64,000 bases of DNA from Octopus vulgaris (Eukaryota): contig OX597833.1 in assembly GCA_951406725.2 (NCBI GenBank), positions 31,186,001 through 31,250,000 on the forward strand, read 5' to 3'. Under the pieces are notes generated by a model. It ran no database searches. It saw nothing but the letters and a program-made list of their open reading frames with translations, and was not told the origin of the DNA. Shown here piece by piece: positions 1 through 14,536 of this stretch; position 1 is the first letter of the stretch; each line of letters begins with the position of its first letter. A program made the translations under genes and the position numbers.

Positions 1-1805
1 GGTGCTTTTCTCCGGCACGAACCCAAACTGCATCTCATCTAAACTGACTCTCTCTCTAATTAGTTGTGCTAAGTCCCTCTCCATGACCTTCATTACTTGA
101 TCCAGCAACTTGATACCTCTGTAATTATTTGTATCTAGGGCGTCACCTTTACCTTTGTAGCAGTTGACTATTATGCTGCTACACCAGCAATTGGGTATGA
201 TTCCTTCGTATATCACCTGGTTAACTATATGGGTGACTAGGCTATAGCCGACACTGCCAGATATTTTGAGCATCTCTGCGGTGATTCCTGGTGGCCCTGG
301 GGCTTTTCCTGCCTTCATACTCTTGATTGCTTTATCTACCAAGGTACTGTCAACTCGGATAGCTGGTCCCTCTGTTGGATCGACATTCAGCAGACTCTCT
401 TTCTCCCATTCATTCTCTTTATTGAGCAACCTTTCATAGTGGCGTCTCCAAACCTCTCTCTTTGCAGCCTTGTTTAGTGCAAGTGAACCATCATCCATAC
501 AGACACATTTCTCTCATACGACATCACAATTCTCTCTTTCTCACACTGTCTTGCAACATGAAATACTTCAAGTCTTTGGTCCTCACGGTGCAGAACATTG
601 GCAAATTTTTTCTTATCTGCTTCCCTTCTGCTTAAATAAACCTGTCTCCTAGCTTCCCTTCTGGCAGTCTGGTGCAATTCCCTGCTAACTCCGTTCTTCC
701 AGTCCCTCCAATCCTGTTTCTTTTGTCTAATAGCCCTGTCAACCACATTGTTCCACCACCACGTTACCTTGGATCGAGAGGGGACTTTGCACCATCCACA
801 GATCTGGTCAGTGGCTCTCAGCAGGTTGTCCCGTAGAAACCTCCAGTTGTCTTCTACATTATGTGATGCTATATCCCATTCTATTTCATCGAAGGCTTTG
901 AGTAATACGTCTCTAAATCTCTGTCCATTTGCAGGATCTTTAAGCTTCCTGACCCTTCTCCTCCAAGCTAGTCTTCTACTGGGCATCAATTTAGCCCTGA
1001 TCCTGAAGTCACTAACTACTAATCTATGTTGAAGAGTACATTCTTCGCTTGGGAAGGTTTTGGCATTTATGAGCAGCCCTCTTTCCCTTTTTCTGGCAAG
1101 TATGTAGTCAGTTTGGCTAGTGTGTCTGCCAGAACAGTAGGTGACTAGGTGAGAGGCGGGTTTCCTGAAGTTTGTATTACAAACCATAAGATCATTTGCA
1201 TCGCAGAACTCCAGCAGCCTGGTTCCCTCATTGCAAGAACCAAAACCATAGCCTTTATGTATGTCATGGAAGCCCCTGACATGTCGACCAACATGTCCAT
1301 TGAAGTCACCAGCCACAAAGAGAAGGTCCCTGTCATTTGTGAACGAGGTAGTCTACAATAGGGTGTCATAGAATCGGTCTTTCTGCCCCTCCGGTAGCCC
1401 CGGTTAAGGGGCATAGGCCAAGATAATGGTAGCTGACCTATGGTGAAGCACTAATCAAATCTTAAATACTCTGTTGCATACTCTGACTACCTCGATTACC
1501 TTATTAACCCATTTCTCCACAAGAAGTATACCCACAACCCCAACCCTGTCAGTGTTCCCTGCCCAGAAAATCTTGTACCTGTGTTCTTTGCCTGTGAGGA
1601 ACCTAGCGGAACCTTCTCTCCACCTTAGTTCTTGGATGCAGCACAAATCTCCACATCTCCGTTCAAGCATCTCAACAATCTCACCAGTCCTACCTTTCAG
1701 TGTGCCAACTCTGATGGTGTGGGAGGTGTGGGCCTCTGAGACCATAGGATGAGGGACAGCAGTGTCATGTACTTGAAAAGAAAGCTTGCATATGGCGGAA
1801 TTCAT
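1..1805 (-). mobile_element. RTE-clade LINE, decayed: APE endonuclease plus start of RT, running off the left edge of the window
   Basis: ORFs 1455-1805 (CCIQELRW) and 474-1316 (AGDFNGHVG, DYIL, HRLVVSDF) are APE-endonuclease motifs. Bases 1-470 match the RT N-terminus of the copies at 20565 and 37258. Confidence 0.92.
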
Positions 1806-1989
1806 AAAGAAACACTAGACTACAACCTACATACACTACACCATTTTTATGCGCTATATGATTAAATAAACCCTACGTAGGGGTGGCATTTGGCCTTTAG
1901 AAGTGTTCGCAGGAGGTAGACAAGGAAGATATAGGTTAGTAACTTCCGGTTAAGGTGGAAGGGGTGTGAGGGCGGAAGTACCGCGACCC

Positions 1990-3185
1990 AGCAAGTTTAG
2001 ACTAGAACATCATCTTCTGCACTTCTATACTGTGGTTAAACAAATTTAGAGAGAATGAAAATAACGAAATGATAACGTTAAATAAAATAAATAAAATATA
2101 AGGATTAACAGATATTCATGATCTTAAGACAAACAAGGAAGACGAAGCTATCGGAACTATGTTTACATGATAAAGAAATAGATGGATAATAGAGAACGAA
2201 TGGTGGGGTGGGATATGGGGTTAGGGTTACAATCTACGCATTAACAGGAGTATAGGAATGAGGTTGTAAAGTCAAAATTTTCCTTATCTGAACATCTGAA
2301 ATCCGTATTCTATCAGCAGAGGAATTGAAAATCGAGAAGGGGAAAAAAACAGAGCATACACTAGTTTATTTAGAGTTAGGGTGTGGGGGGGGGGGAGTGT
2401 TGGTGTATCAGGTGGGAAATCGAAGAGAGAAAGGCGGGGTTAGGCAGTAAATACAACACGAGGAAGAAGAAGAATATTCTTAGGGATTCTCTGTGATGAA
2501 ACAGCAAATGCTGAAGTCGTAAGATAGAATTGAAAAATATTTTTTGAGATTTTGGGAAACATAATTTAATGAAACAGCAGTGGTAAGTCAAAGAGAGCGA
2601 CAGTGAGCATAGAGAGAGGGGTCAGAGTTAGGTGGTCAGGCAGTAAATACAACACGAGGAAGAAAAATATTCTTAGGGATTTTGTGTAACATAAATTAAT
2701 GAAACAGCAAACGCCGAAATCGTGTGATAGAATTGAAAAATATTTTTTGAGATTTTGGGAAATATAATTTAATGAAACAGCAGTGGTAAATTGAAGAGAG
2801 AGACAGTGGGCATAGACAGAAGGGTCAGAGTTAGGTGGTCAGGCAGTAAATACAACATGAGGAAGAAGAATATTCTTAGGGAATTTGGGCAAGTTTAGAC
2901 TAGAGCATCATCTTCTGCACTTCTATACTATGGTTAAACAAATTTAGAGAGAATGAAAATAATGAAATGATAACCTGGAATAAAATATATAAAATATAAC
3001 GATTAACATGATCTTAAGACAAACAAGGAAGACGAAGCTATCGGAACTATGTTTACATGATAAAGAAATAGATGGATAATAGAGAACGAGTGGGGTGGGT
3101 GGGATATGGGGTTAGGGTTACAATCTACGCATTAACAGGAGTACATGAACGAGGTTGTAAAGTCAAAATTTTCCTTCTCTGAACA
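1990..3185. repeat. Complex direct repeats upstream of the RTE, possibly its 5' region
   Basis: A ~300-bp direct repeat (1990-2295 vs 2889-3185) flanks ~200-bp tandem units starting GGCAGTAAATACAACA at ~2443, ~2639 and ~2842. Confidence 0.75.
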
Positions 3186-3209
3186 TTATAAATATATATA
3201 TATATATAC

Positions 3210-4140
3210 ATGCCCACAGTCACTTGGCCTGCCATTGTCATTAGCTATGCCAATGACAAAATTATTGCAGGCAGTGAAAAACCAAGAGAATGTCAGAAGC
3301 TTGCAGTGGGACCTGAACTCAGTATACAATTAGGCCGAAATAAAGAACATACAGTTTAATGCTGGAAAATTTCAAGTACTGCAATGTAAACTCAGTGCCG
3401 ATACAGTACAATCCCAGAGTCACAGGCACTACAATCCCAGAGTCACAGACTTGGGGATCAGCATGTGCAATGATGCATCATTTCATATGCACATAAGCAA
3501 GATGGCAGACAAAGTGCAGACAACTGGCAGGATGGATACTGAGGTCCTTCAAGACAAGAGACCAAGAAATTATGTTGACCCCGTGGAGAAACTGTTCTCA
3601 ACCATCCAGTTATGGTCACCATGTAGCTTGAAGCAGTTATTGTCACCATATAGCTTCAAGCAGTCCAATGCCACTACACTAAAAAGATTGAAACAGTGCA
3701 GTGGATGAGCTATAGCGATAGGCTGAGAAAGCTAAAGCTCTACTCCTTGGAGCAAAGGCATGACAGATATGGAAAATCCTAGAAGGGCTAGTACCTATCT
3801 TTGGCATTGAGTGCTATACCAATGCCAGAACTGGCCGCCATTTTATTGTACCAAAGGTACTGTCCACTCCATCTAAATTCAGGGCCAGGTATTGCAATAG
3901 TCTATGGTTCAAAGGCTCACAGCTTTTTGATGACCTGTCACAAAAATTTAGAAATTTGCATAAGGTGGAAGCAGATGTCACCAAAGACATCTCCTCCTCT
4001 CTATAATACCAGAATTAAGCAACACCCCAACATGAGGGGCAGATGTGTTCAGTGGAATGAAACTCAGTTATACATCAAGTGTAGCAACAGCTGGGAAAAG
4101 GGCACATACAGGAATGGTGATGTGAAACACCCAGACTGAG
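3210..4140 (+). mobile_element. CR1/L2-like LINE RT C-terminal fragment, heavily decayed
   Basis: Degenerate SYANDK (YADD-like), QFNAGKFQVL, DLGI and LKLYSLEQR motifs. Related to the fragment at 59505. Confidence 0.6.
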
Positions 4141-4159
4141 AAGGTTAGAAAGACCGTGG

Positions 4160-4737
4160 TGATGCTCCAGCATGACCATGGCTGAAATGAATAAAAGAAG
4201 CAAGAAGGCTTGGCAAGCCTTCGCTATTCTTCGGCCAGTATGGAAGTCCACTGCCATCTCAACTCGAACTAAACTCTGCTTATTTGGTTCAAATGTAAAA
4301 TCTGTGCTTTTGTATGGCTCTGAAACATGGAGAGCCACCTGCAGCAACTACAAGAAGATCCAGACCTTCATCAACAAATGTCTCTGGCAGATCCCCCACC
4401 TAAAGTGGTTTGACAGAGTGCCAAACACCAACCTTTGGGAAAGGGCCAACCAGGAGCCCATACATGTTCAGATTACATGTAGGAAATGGAGATGGATCAG
4501 ACAAACACTACAGAAAGAACCCTCAAATATGACATTACAAGCACTTGACTGGAACCCATGGGGGAAAAGGAAGCGAGGATGCCCGGGGCAGACATGGAAG
4601 AGGAGCATTTTGGACGAGCTCAAGTCCACTGGCCTGACATGGGAAGCAGCCAAGAAATATGCCAATGACCGCAAAAAGTGAAAAACAACTGTTGAGGTGC
4701 TATACTCCACGAGGGGCAAAAAGGAATAAGAAGAAGT
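4160..4737 (+). mobile_element. RTE-clade LINE 3' fragment (second family)
   Basis: ORF 4172-4681 has VKSVLLYGSETW, RWI...ALDWNPWGKRKRGCPGQTW, followed by an AAG-type tail. Confidence 0.85.
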
Positions 4738-4754
4738 TTAAGTATATATATAAA

Positions 4755-6169
4755 TATATACAAGATAAGAAAATGGAGAAATACATCTAAATTAAATATC
4801 AATTACCAGATAATATTCAATCACATACTTTATTAAACCACCACATAAGAGACTGTAGGGTTAAATATAAAAAAGCAGAACAAATCAGTGTACATAAAGG
4901 AATGTACATAAAAAAGTGTACATAAAAGAGTAATGTTGTATAATAAGTAGAATATATATAAAAAAGAGAATATAAATATAAGTAAATATAAATATAAGTA
5001 TAGATTAGATCTTACAGCTGTTTCGGCCATGTAGATAAGTATGTCTCATTTTACCAATATTAGCCTTTTATGGTAGGTCAATATATAGATATAAATGAGA
5101 CATTTACAAAAATATCATAAGGCCTCTTCGGAGATATACATATACATATGAGTGCATATACTCACACTCCTATACATATAAAAATATACATATACATAAT
5201 GATGTAAATAAATAATATAAATTAGTAAACATATATATGTTCCACATTCAATGTTTCAGTTTTTCAACTTAATATTGTGATAATAAACATACACATATTA
5301 GTACCTAGATGCAAATAAACAGTCAATAGTACATTATATTACTTCCTACTAATTTCCAAAGTGACATTAAAGTTAACATCATTATTGTTGTCAATACCAT
5401 TAATGCTACCATTATTATCATTCATAATATTATTAATAACGCTTACATAGGATCCAAAGTGGCACATATGTATGTCCGGATTCCAGTTAGTAATTTTCCT
5501 TATGACATAAATACACTATTGGATTTGAATTTAAATTATCATTGTCTTACTCACGGTTGGTTCATTGAGAGCCGCCTGACCTCTACCACACCGCACAGGA
5601 AAAACATCCACATCCAGCCCTAAACCCACACGTCCACATAAAAACCCACACACACATGCACACACACATGAATACACCCCGACACATCCCTACACATTCA
5701 CTAGATTGCAGAGTGTATGTCTGTCATCGCATGGCTGATAGACAAATCAGTACAGGCAGCAGTGTCTATACACTAACACACACACTCACATGCGCATCCG
5801 CATATACTCATAAATATTAATACACTCTCATATACCGTATCAGGGAACATTCGCACACACATATATACATATTTAAATATATATCTGCGCACTCATACGT
5901 ACAAATAAAACCTGGTGGTTTAATAAAGTATGTGATTGACTATAATCTGGTAATTGATATTTGATTTAGATGTATTTCTCCATTTTCTTATCTTGTATTA
6001 GTAATTTGTGGTAAATCATTTTACCTTTGCCCATATAATACAGTAAATGAATTGATTGCATCGCAATCCTTAACATTTATGTATTAACTTTGTTAGGTAC
6101 TTCACTAGCAGTATATTGGATATATGTTATCCCATGGAGGGTTGCATTTACAACCCCTATCTCAATTTG

Positions 6170-6170
<1 letters not shown>
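4755..6170. mobile_element. Non-autonomous PLE-like element with partial inverted termini
   Basis: 4760-4842 is the inverted copy of ~5914-5996. The 5960-6170 end is homologous to 9770-9972 and to 48275-48500 (reverse). Contains a hammerhead motif and is flanked by (TA)n. Confidence 0.65.
5009..5135 (-). ncRNA. Type I hammerhead ribozyme motif with ~100-nt stem II insertion (CCGAAGA core variant)
   Basis: Minus strand reads atct-CCGAAGA-ggcc...ggcc-GAAA-cagctg-TA-agat. Stems I and II pair and stem III is palindromic. Confidence 0.7.
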
Positions 6171-6202
<32 letters not shown>

Positions 6203-6296
6203 ATGTATATATATGTATGTATATATATATATGTGTATGTATATATATATGTGTATGTATATATATGTATGCATATATATGTATGTATGTATGTAT

Positions 6297-6347
<51 letters not shown>

Positions 6348-6932
6348 TGTATATATATATGTGTGTATGTGTGTGTATATATATATATATATTGTTATAT
6401 TTCGGAATGGTCATTTTGCCAGTTTAGCTAATAAAAACACACGCACTATATATTTGGTGTTACTTTGCTTCAGTGTTATTTATTTTTTACATTAATCTTA
6501 ATCTTATTTCGGCCAGAGTTCTTTCGTCACACTCCTGTGACCGCATCAGTGGTCCTTTGTTTTCTTCTTTCTTATTTGTGTCTCTCCTTACTAACCGTCA
6601 GCCATTTTGTATTTCTATTGTATGTCTTCATTTGCGCATGCTTATATCTCTATGTGCGTTTATGTTTATTTAGTGTGTGTATGTGGGGGATGCCTGTAAT
6701 ATTTGTATCTTCTGTTTATATATGTTCATGTAATTTGTAATTTTATATGTTCATGTAATTTGTATGTTGTTTTTTGATTTTTGTTTTTGTTGTTTTTGTT
6801 TATTCTTATTTTGTTCATGTGTTTACATCCACCTATTATTATCATTACATATGCTTGTATGTATGTATGTATAACAACAATACTAGTAATAATAATAATA
6901 AATTGAATCGAAAAAAAAATTAAAAAAAATAT

Positions 6933-7033
6933 TGGCCTGGTGCAGCCTTCGGGCTCCCCAGACCCCAGTTGAACCGTCCAACCCATGCTAGCATGGAAAG
7001 CGGACATTAAATGATGATGATGATGATGATGAT
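6933..7033 (+). mobile_element. Extremely 5'-truncated RTE 3' tail
   Basis: CCTGGTGCAGCC..AACCCATGCTAGCATGGAAAGCGGACATTAAA(TGA)n, the same as the RTE 3' ends at 23085-23178 and 44500-44590. Confidence 0.85.
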
Positions 7034-7071
7034 ATATACATATATACATATATACATATATATATATGTAC

Positions 7072-7117
<46 letters not shown>

Positions 7118-7128
7118 TATATAGAAGG

Positions 7129-7179
7129 AGCTTCTACAGGACTAGAACTGTTTCATTCAAGAGAAATCTTCAGGAAGCT
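7129..7179 (-). ncRNA. Type I hammerhead ribozyme motif (family X)
   Basis: Reverse complement of the 12267-12317 motif. Confidence 0.75.
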
Positions 7180-7682
7180 AGTTAACAAGAATTGTATTGG
7201 CATTTATACATTTAGGCAGGTTTAAAGGGGTGTTGGTGGGGGACTTTTTGGGGGTAGGCATAGCGCAAAATATCATACTTGGGGGAGTGGTCAAGGAGTC
7301 AGTGTTAAATTAGATAGAAGAATAAATTTAAAAAAAATAAATAAATAAAATAAAATAAAAAATAAAAAAATAAAAAAATATATATATATATATAAAAAAA
7401 AGGGGGAATAGAGTTTTAGGTAAATAAGGAGATTCTCACTTATACCTATGCACATATGTATACATATATACACACGCACGTATACACACATGTATATATA
7501 CACACACGACCACACATACATATACACACAGAAAAATATATATACACATACACACACATACACTCACATACACGCATACACACACAAATCCACACACACA
7601 CATGCACACACAGCACACTAGTCCCTATATACACATATATACACATACACACATATATACACACACATACATATACATACAC

Positions 7683-7740
<58 letters not shown>

Positions 7741-8149
7741 GTGTACCTATGCATACCTACACATACACACATATATATATACACATACAAATACAGACCC
7801 ATTCCCTAATTTTAATTTTATTATCTTCATTTATTACTTTTGTTATCTTTGGCCGCTTGGTCACAAACATCTTGGCTATGACAGCCAGTCCATTTGTCTG
7901 TCTACTGGAAAACAAGCACTCATTCACTCACGCACACTCTTTAGCACGTACACTCACTCATTCGTACACTCATACACATACACGCACGCACGCGTTATAT
8001 TCATACATACATACATCTACATACATTCACGTATATACACATACGTACGCGTACCTACAGATTCATGTCTACACTCTTAGAAGGCTAGTCTATACATATA
8101 CACCAATAAATATAAATACACACACATACACGTACACCTACATACAAAT

Positions 8150-8216
<67 letters not shown>

Positions 8217-8435
8217 CATATACATACACATATATACATACACATACATACATACACATATATACACATATACACACATATACACATATATACACACATA
8301 CACATACATACATATACACACATACACATACATACGTATACATACATACATACATCCATACATCCATACATACATACATTTATACACATACACACACCCA
8401 CATACATACATATATATACGCGCATATATATATCT

Positions 8436-8468
<33 letters not shown>

Positions 8469-8858
8469 CATATATACATATATATTCATACACACACATA
8501 CATATACATACATACATATACAAATATACGCACACACATACATACATACTCCTATACTCATACACGCACATACACATGTACATGCGTACCCATACACACA
8601 CACACACACACGCGCGCATCCATATATACACATAAGTACACCCATGCGTGAAAGTATACATATATCTATGCTTACACATACACACGCACACGCGCGCCTC
8701 CTTATATTCATACTTACATGCATACTCAAAAAATAAGTAAATAGTAAAATATATATACGCGCAGTTATTCATACATGCATACTCAAAAAATAAATAATAA
8801 ATATTAAGTATATGTACGTGCAGTTACCTATTATATAGACGGATACATACATATAAAC

Positions 8859-8911
<53 letters not shown>

Positions 8912-8984
8912 CATACATATATATATACACACAGATACATACACACACACACATACATACATATATATATACACACACACACAT

Positions 8985-9022
<38 letters not shown>

Positions 9023-9080
9023 TTACACATGTACATATAAATACACACATAGATAACTCTACGTACCTACATATACATAA

Positions 9081-9120
<40 letters not shown>

Positions 9121-9127
9121 GTGTGTG

Positions 9128-9164
<37 letters not shown>

Positions 9165-9270
9165 GCGAGTATGTAGAGATATAAGTATGTGCATGTGTAT
9201 ATATATGTGTGTATATATATGTATGGGTATGTGTTTGTGTATGTATGTATATATATATATATATATATAT

Positions 9271-9975
9271 AATACTACAAAATTAGAGAATGGAGAAACA
9301 TACTTAAATCAGTAAAACATCAACTATCCGATGATACTCAATCCATACTTTAATACACCATTACATATGAGTAAAGGCAATATATAAAATGAAATGAGAT
9401 ATACAGTAATAGTAAAAAGATAAAGAGATATAAGTAAAAAATTTCAAATATAATATGCAAATAAATCAAAGCTGACAGCTGTTTCGGCAGTGAGGACAGT
9501 CATACCTCATTTAACCTATAAGCCATAAAGGCAGGTATAAATACCTGCCTTTATGGCTTATAGGTTAAATGAGGTATGACTGTCCTCACTGCCGAAACAG
9601 CTGTCAGTTTTGATTTATTTGCATATTATATTTGAAATTTTTTACTTATATCTCTTTATCTTTTTACTATTACTGTATATCTCATTTCATTTTATATATT
9701 GCCTTTACTCATATGTAATGGTGTATTAAAGTATGGATTGAGTATCATCGGATAGTTGATGTTTTACTGATTTAAGTATGTTTCTCCATTCTCTAATTTT
9801 GTAGTATTAATTTACGGTAATATTATTACCTTTACCCATTTAATACAATAGATGAACTGATTGCTTGACAATTTTTAACATCTATGTATTAATTTTGTTG
9901 GGTACCTATCTAGCAGTATATTGGATATATATTATCCCATGGTGGGTTGAATTTTCAACCCCTATCTCATTTTAT
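9271..9975. repeat. Near-perfect palindrome C/C' (9271-9538 / 9541-9808) with tail to ~9975
   Basis: Centre GGCAGGTAT-AA-ATACCTGCC. The tail is homologous to 5995-6170. Confidence 0.95.
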
Positions 9976-9979
9976 AACT

Positions 9980-10018
<39 letters not shown>

Positions 10019-10179
10019 ATGTATGCATATACGTATGTATGTATGTACATGTGTATGTATATATGTGTGTAAGTGTGTGTATATATGTAAATGTAAGTGT
10101 GTGTGCTTGTATGAGAATGTATGTATGTTTGCACACATGTATATATGTGTGTGTATGTGTATGTGTATGTATATATATG

Positions 10180-10210
<31 letters not shown>

Positions 10211-10413
10211 GTATATATATGTATATATATGTGTATGTATATATATGTGTATGTGTGTGTGTGTGTATACATGTGTGTATGTGTATGTATGTATGTATAT
10301 ATATGCGTGTGTATGTGTATGTGTATATGTACATATACGCGTACGCTCGTGTGTTTATGTATATGTAGGTACGTAGAGTTATCTATGTGTGTATTTATAT
10401 GTACATGTGTAAG

Positions 10414-10450
<37 letters not shown>

Positions 10451-10519
10451 ATGTGTGTGTGTGTATATATATATGTATGTATGTGTGTGTGTGTATGTAT
10501 ATGTGTGTATATATATATG

Positions 10520-10556
<37 letters not shown>

Positions 10557-10976
10557 ATATATATATATATATATGTGTGTGTGTAAGTTTATATGTATGT
10601 ATCCGTCTATATAATAGGTAACTGCACGTACATATACTTAATATTTATTATTTATTTTTTGAGTATGCATGTATGAATAACTGCGCGTATATATATTTTA
10701 CTATTTACTTATTTTTTGAGTATGCATGTAAGTATGAATATAAGGAGGCGCGCGTGTGTGTGTGTATGTGTAAGCATAGATATATGTATACTTTCACGCA
10801 TGGGTGTACTTATGTGTATATATGGATGCGCACGTGTGTGTGTGTGTGTGTATGGGTACGCATGTACATGTGTATGTGCGTGTATGAGTATAGGAGTATG
10901 TATGTATGTGTGTGCGTATATTTGTATATGTATGTATGTATATGTATGTGTGTGTATGAATATATATGTATATATG

Positions 10977-11009
<33 letters not shown>

Positions 11010-11231
11010 AGATATATATATGCGCGTATATATATGTATGTATGTGGGTGTGTGTATGTGTATAAATGTATGTATGTATGGATGTATGGATGTATGTATG
11101 TATGTATACGTATGTATGTGTATGTGTGTATATGTATGTATGTGTATGTGTGTATATATGTGTATATGTGTGTATATGTGTATATATGTGTATGTATGTA
11201 TGTGTATGTATATATGTGTATGTATATGTGA

Positions 11232-11307
<76 letters not shown>

Positions 11308-11716
11308 ATTTGTATGTAGGTGTACGTGTATGTGTGTGTATTTATATTTATTGGTGTATATGTATAGACTAGCCTTCTAAGAGTGTAGACATGAATCTGT
11401 AGGTACGCGTACGTATGTGTATATACGTGAATGTATGTAGATGTATGTATGTATGAATATAACGCGTGCGTGCGTGTATGTGTATGAGTGTACGAATGAG
11501 TGAGTGTACGTGCTAAAGAGTGTGCGTGAGTGAATGAGTGCTTGTTTTCCAGTAGACAGACAAATGGACTGGCTGTCATAGCCAAGATGTTTGTGACCAA
11601 GCGGCCAAAGATAACAAAAGTAATAAACGAAGATAATAAAATTAAAATTAGGGAATGGGTCTGTATTTGTATGTGTATATATATATGTGTGTATGTGTAG
11701 GTATGCATAGGTACAC

Positions 11717-11776
<60 letters not shown>

Positions 11777-12266
11777 ATGTATATGTATGTGTGTGTATAT
11801 ATGTGTGTATGTGTATATATGTGTATATAGGGACTAGTGTGCTGTGTGTGCATGTGTGTGTGTGGATTTGTGTGTGTATGCGTGTATGTGAGTGTATGTG
11901 TGTGTATGTGTATATATATTTTTCTGTGTGTATATGTATGTGTGGTCGTGTGTGTATATATACATGTGTGTATACGTGCGTGTGTATATATGTATACATA
12001 TGTGCATAGGTATAAGTGAGAATCTCCTTATTTACCTAAAACTCTATTCCCCCTTTTTTTATATATATATATATATTTTTTTATTTTTTATTTTATTTTA
12101 TTTTATTTTTTTTTTTTAATTTATTCTTCTATCTAATTTAACACTGACTCCTTGACCACTCCCCCAAGTATGATATTTTGCGCTATGCCTACCCCCAAAA
12201 AGTCCCCCACCAACACCCCTTTAAACCTGCCTAAATGTATAAATGCCAATACAATTCTTGTTAACT

Positions 12267-12317
12267 AGCTTCCTGAAGATTTCTCTTGAATGAAACAGTT
12301 CTAGTCCTGTAGAAGCT
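12267..12317 (+). ncRNA. Type I hammerhead ribozyme motif (family X)
   Basis: agcttc-CTGAAGA-tttctcttgaat-GAAA-cag-ttctagtc-ctg-TA-gaagct, with a 6-bp stem I, short stem II and closed stem III. Confidence 0.75.
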
Positions 12318-12427
12318 CCTTCTATATAATAAATTAATTTTACTCTGCTATGTATTGAGTACCTTATTTACTGTGGTTAACCCCGAATCAACCCGGGACC
12401 TACATATATATATATATATATATATAT

Positions 12428-13325
12428 AGTAATTTATTTCTGTTAGTTTATTTACCTGTGTATTTATTATGTTTTCAGGATCCTCTATCGTCATATGTTG
12501 TGGTGTGTGTTAGTGCTCCATTCTAGTTTTCTATTCAGGCTAGGTTTATTTTCTATTATGTGTGTAGCTTCTGTGTCTCTTTAACTCTGTGGGCTCGCAC
12601 ATGCATGACACATTTCTCATTATTCTGACGAGGTCTGCCATCAAAATATTGAATTTGGCATTGTCTGCAATGGCTGAGTTCCGGTGGATCAAGTATTTTG
12701 AGGCCATAGGTTTGGCATAGTATGAATGAAGGATTTGGGTTTTATTATTCACAATTTCTAGCCAGAGTTCGGTGTCTAGTACTGGTAGTCTATGGTTGGG
12801 GTGTTTAGTGGGGTAGTCTATTGTGACCTTAATACTCTGGTGGATGGAGTTAGCTATTATTTTAAATTGTGCTTCTATGTGGTCATTATTATGTCTAGGG
12901 ATGTAGACTCTTTTGTTGAAGGGTAATGTAAAGCCAGAAATGTAGTCTATAGTATAAGATGTATAGAGGGACGATGCAGTAACAAGACAACGACATACGT
13001 AGGGGAAACGGCAAGAAGCATAGGAGAGCGGGTAAATGAGCATTGGAGACAACTCAAGGAAGGTAAAAGCTCATCGATTCTGTACCAACACGCCGAACAA
13101 GAACACGGGGGATCAATCAATAACATAGAAATTAAAATATTATCCACACATAGATCAGATGCAACAATTACACAAATTACAGAAGCTACACACATAATAG
13201 AAAATAAACCTAGCCTGAATAGAAAACTAGAATGGAGCACTAAGACACACCACAAGATATGACGATAGAGGATCCTAAAAACATAATAAATACACAGATA
13301 AATAAACTAATAGAAATAAATAACT
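12428..13325. mobile_element. Rearranged Penelope-like fragment: RT C-terminus (- strand) joined to GIY-YIG endonuclease (+ strand), with ~145-bp inverted termini
   Basis: Minus strand LPVLDTELW..YAKPMASKYLIHRNSA. Plus strand from ~12939 reads NVVYSIRC..YVGETARSIGERVNEH..TEATHI..PSLNRKLEW. 12428-12574 is the inverse of 13179-13325. Confidence 0.85.
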
Positions 13326-13388
13326 ATATATATATGTATATATATATGTATATATATATATACGTATATATATTAATTTTATAGAAGG

Positions 13389-13439
13389 AGCTTCTAAAGG
13401 ACTAGAACTGTTTCATTCAAAAGAAATCATCAGGAAGCT
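13389..13439 (-). ncRNA. Hammerhead motif (family X, stem III mismatch)
   Basis: Minus strand agcttc-CTGATGA..GAAA-cag..ctt-TA-gaagct. Confidence 0.6.
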
Positions 13440-13642
13440 AGGTGACAAGAATAGTTTTGGCATTTATACATTTAGGCAGGTTTAGGGGGACTTTTTGGGG
13501 TAGGCATGGCGCAAACTATCTTTCTTAGGGGAGTGGTCAAAGGAATCAGTGATAAAGTAGATAAAAGAATAAATAGAATAATAGAGTTTTAGGTAAATAA
13601 GGAGACTCTCACTTATACATATATATATACATGTATACATAT

Positions 13643-13675
<33 letters not shown>

Positions 13676-14499
13676 CATACATATATATATATATAAATAT
13701 ATATATATACACACACATACATACACATACTCACATACATACACACACTTATATATATATATACATACATATATACATACACATACACATGCATATACAT
13801 ACACTCACATACACACACATTTCTTCCCTTATTTTAATTTTATTTTTATTTTTATTTTTATTTTTATTTTTATTTTGACCTCGACCACCAGGCCGGCACT
13901 GATGTAAGGTCCTCCCTAGGGAGCTAGCCTAGCTGGCCTAAAGAAACCATTTATTGCCCCTCTCCCTTCCTTTCTATCTTTCTTCCCACTGATACGAACA
14001 CAAACACTCACACACGCACACACACTCACACGCACACTCATACACATACACAAACGCACGTGTTATATTCATACATACATAAGTGTACCGACTTTCACAT
14101 AAACGTACACATAACTATGTACACACAAAACCACATATATAAATGTACTTCAGTACACATAAACACACATGAACATTTGCCCGCATATATAGACGCATAT
14201 GCCTATATACAGACATTTGTGCATATAAACATACATACGCATATATACGCATCCATACGCCTTTAAGTACATATTAGCACACATGCATGCATACACGTGT
14301 ACATAAAAGCATACCTACATATATCTACCTACACACATACATATACATACATGCACGTATATACACATACGTACACGTACCTACAAATTCATATCTACAC
14401 GCATACACATACATACATCTACACACACACACAGAAGACTAGTCCATATATATACACAAATATATATATACACATATATATACATATACATATATATAC

Positions 14500-14536
<37 letters not shown>

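Larger units (their letters stand above)
7114..12405. mobile_element. Fold-back element family X, copy 1: arms B (7114-9085) / B' (10351-12333) plus 3' tail to ~12405
   Basis: ~2-kb reverse-complement arms with few substitutions, a hammerhead near each outer end, and a tail ending CCGGGACCTACA(TA)n on the right arm only. Confidence 0.85.

Noticed and set aside
13896-13960. CTGATGT..GAAA frame with internal hairpins
   Set aside because: Non-canonical core, no stem III, and antisense to the family's real hammerhead.
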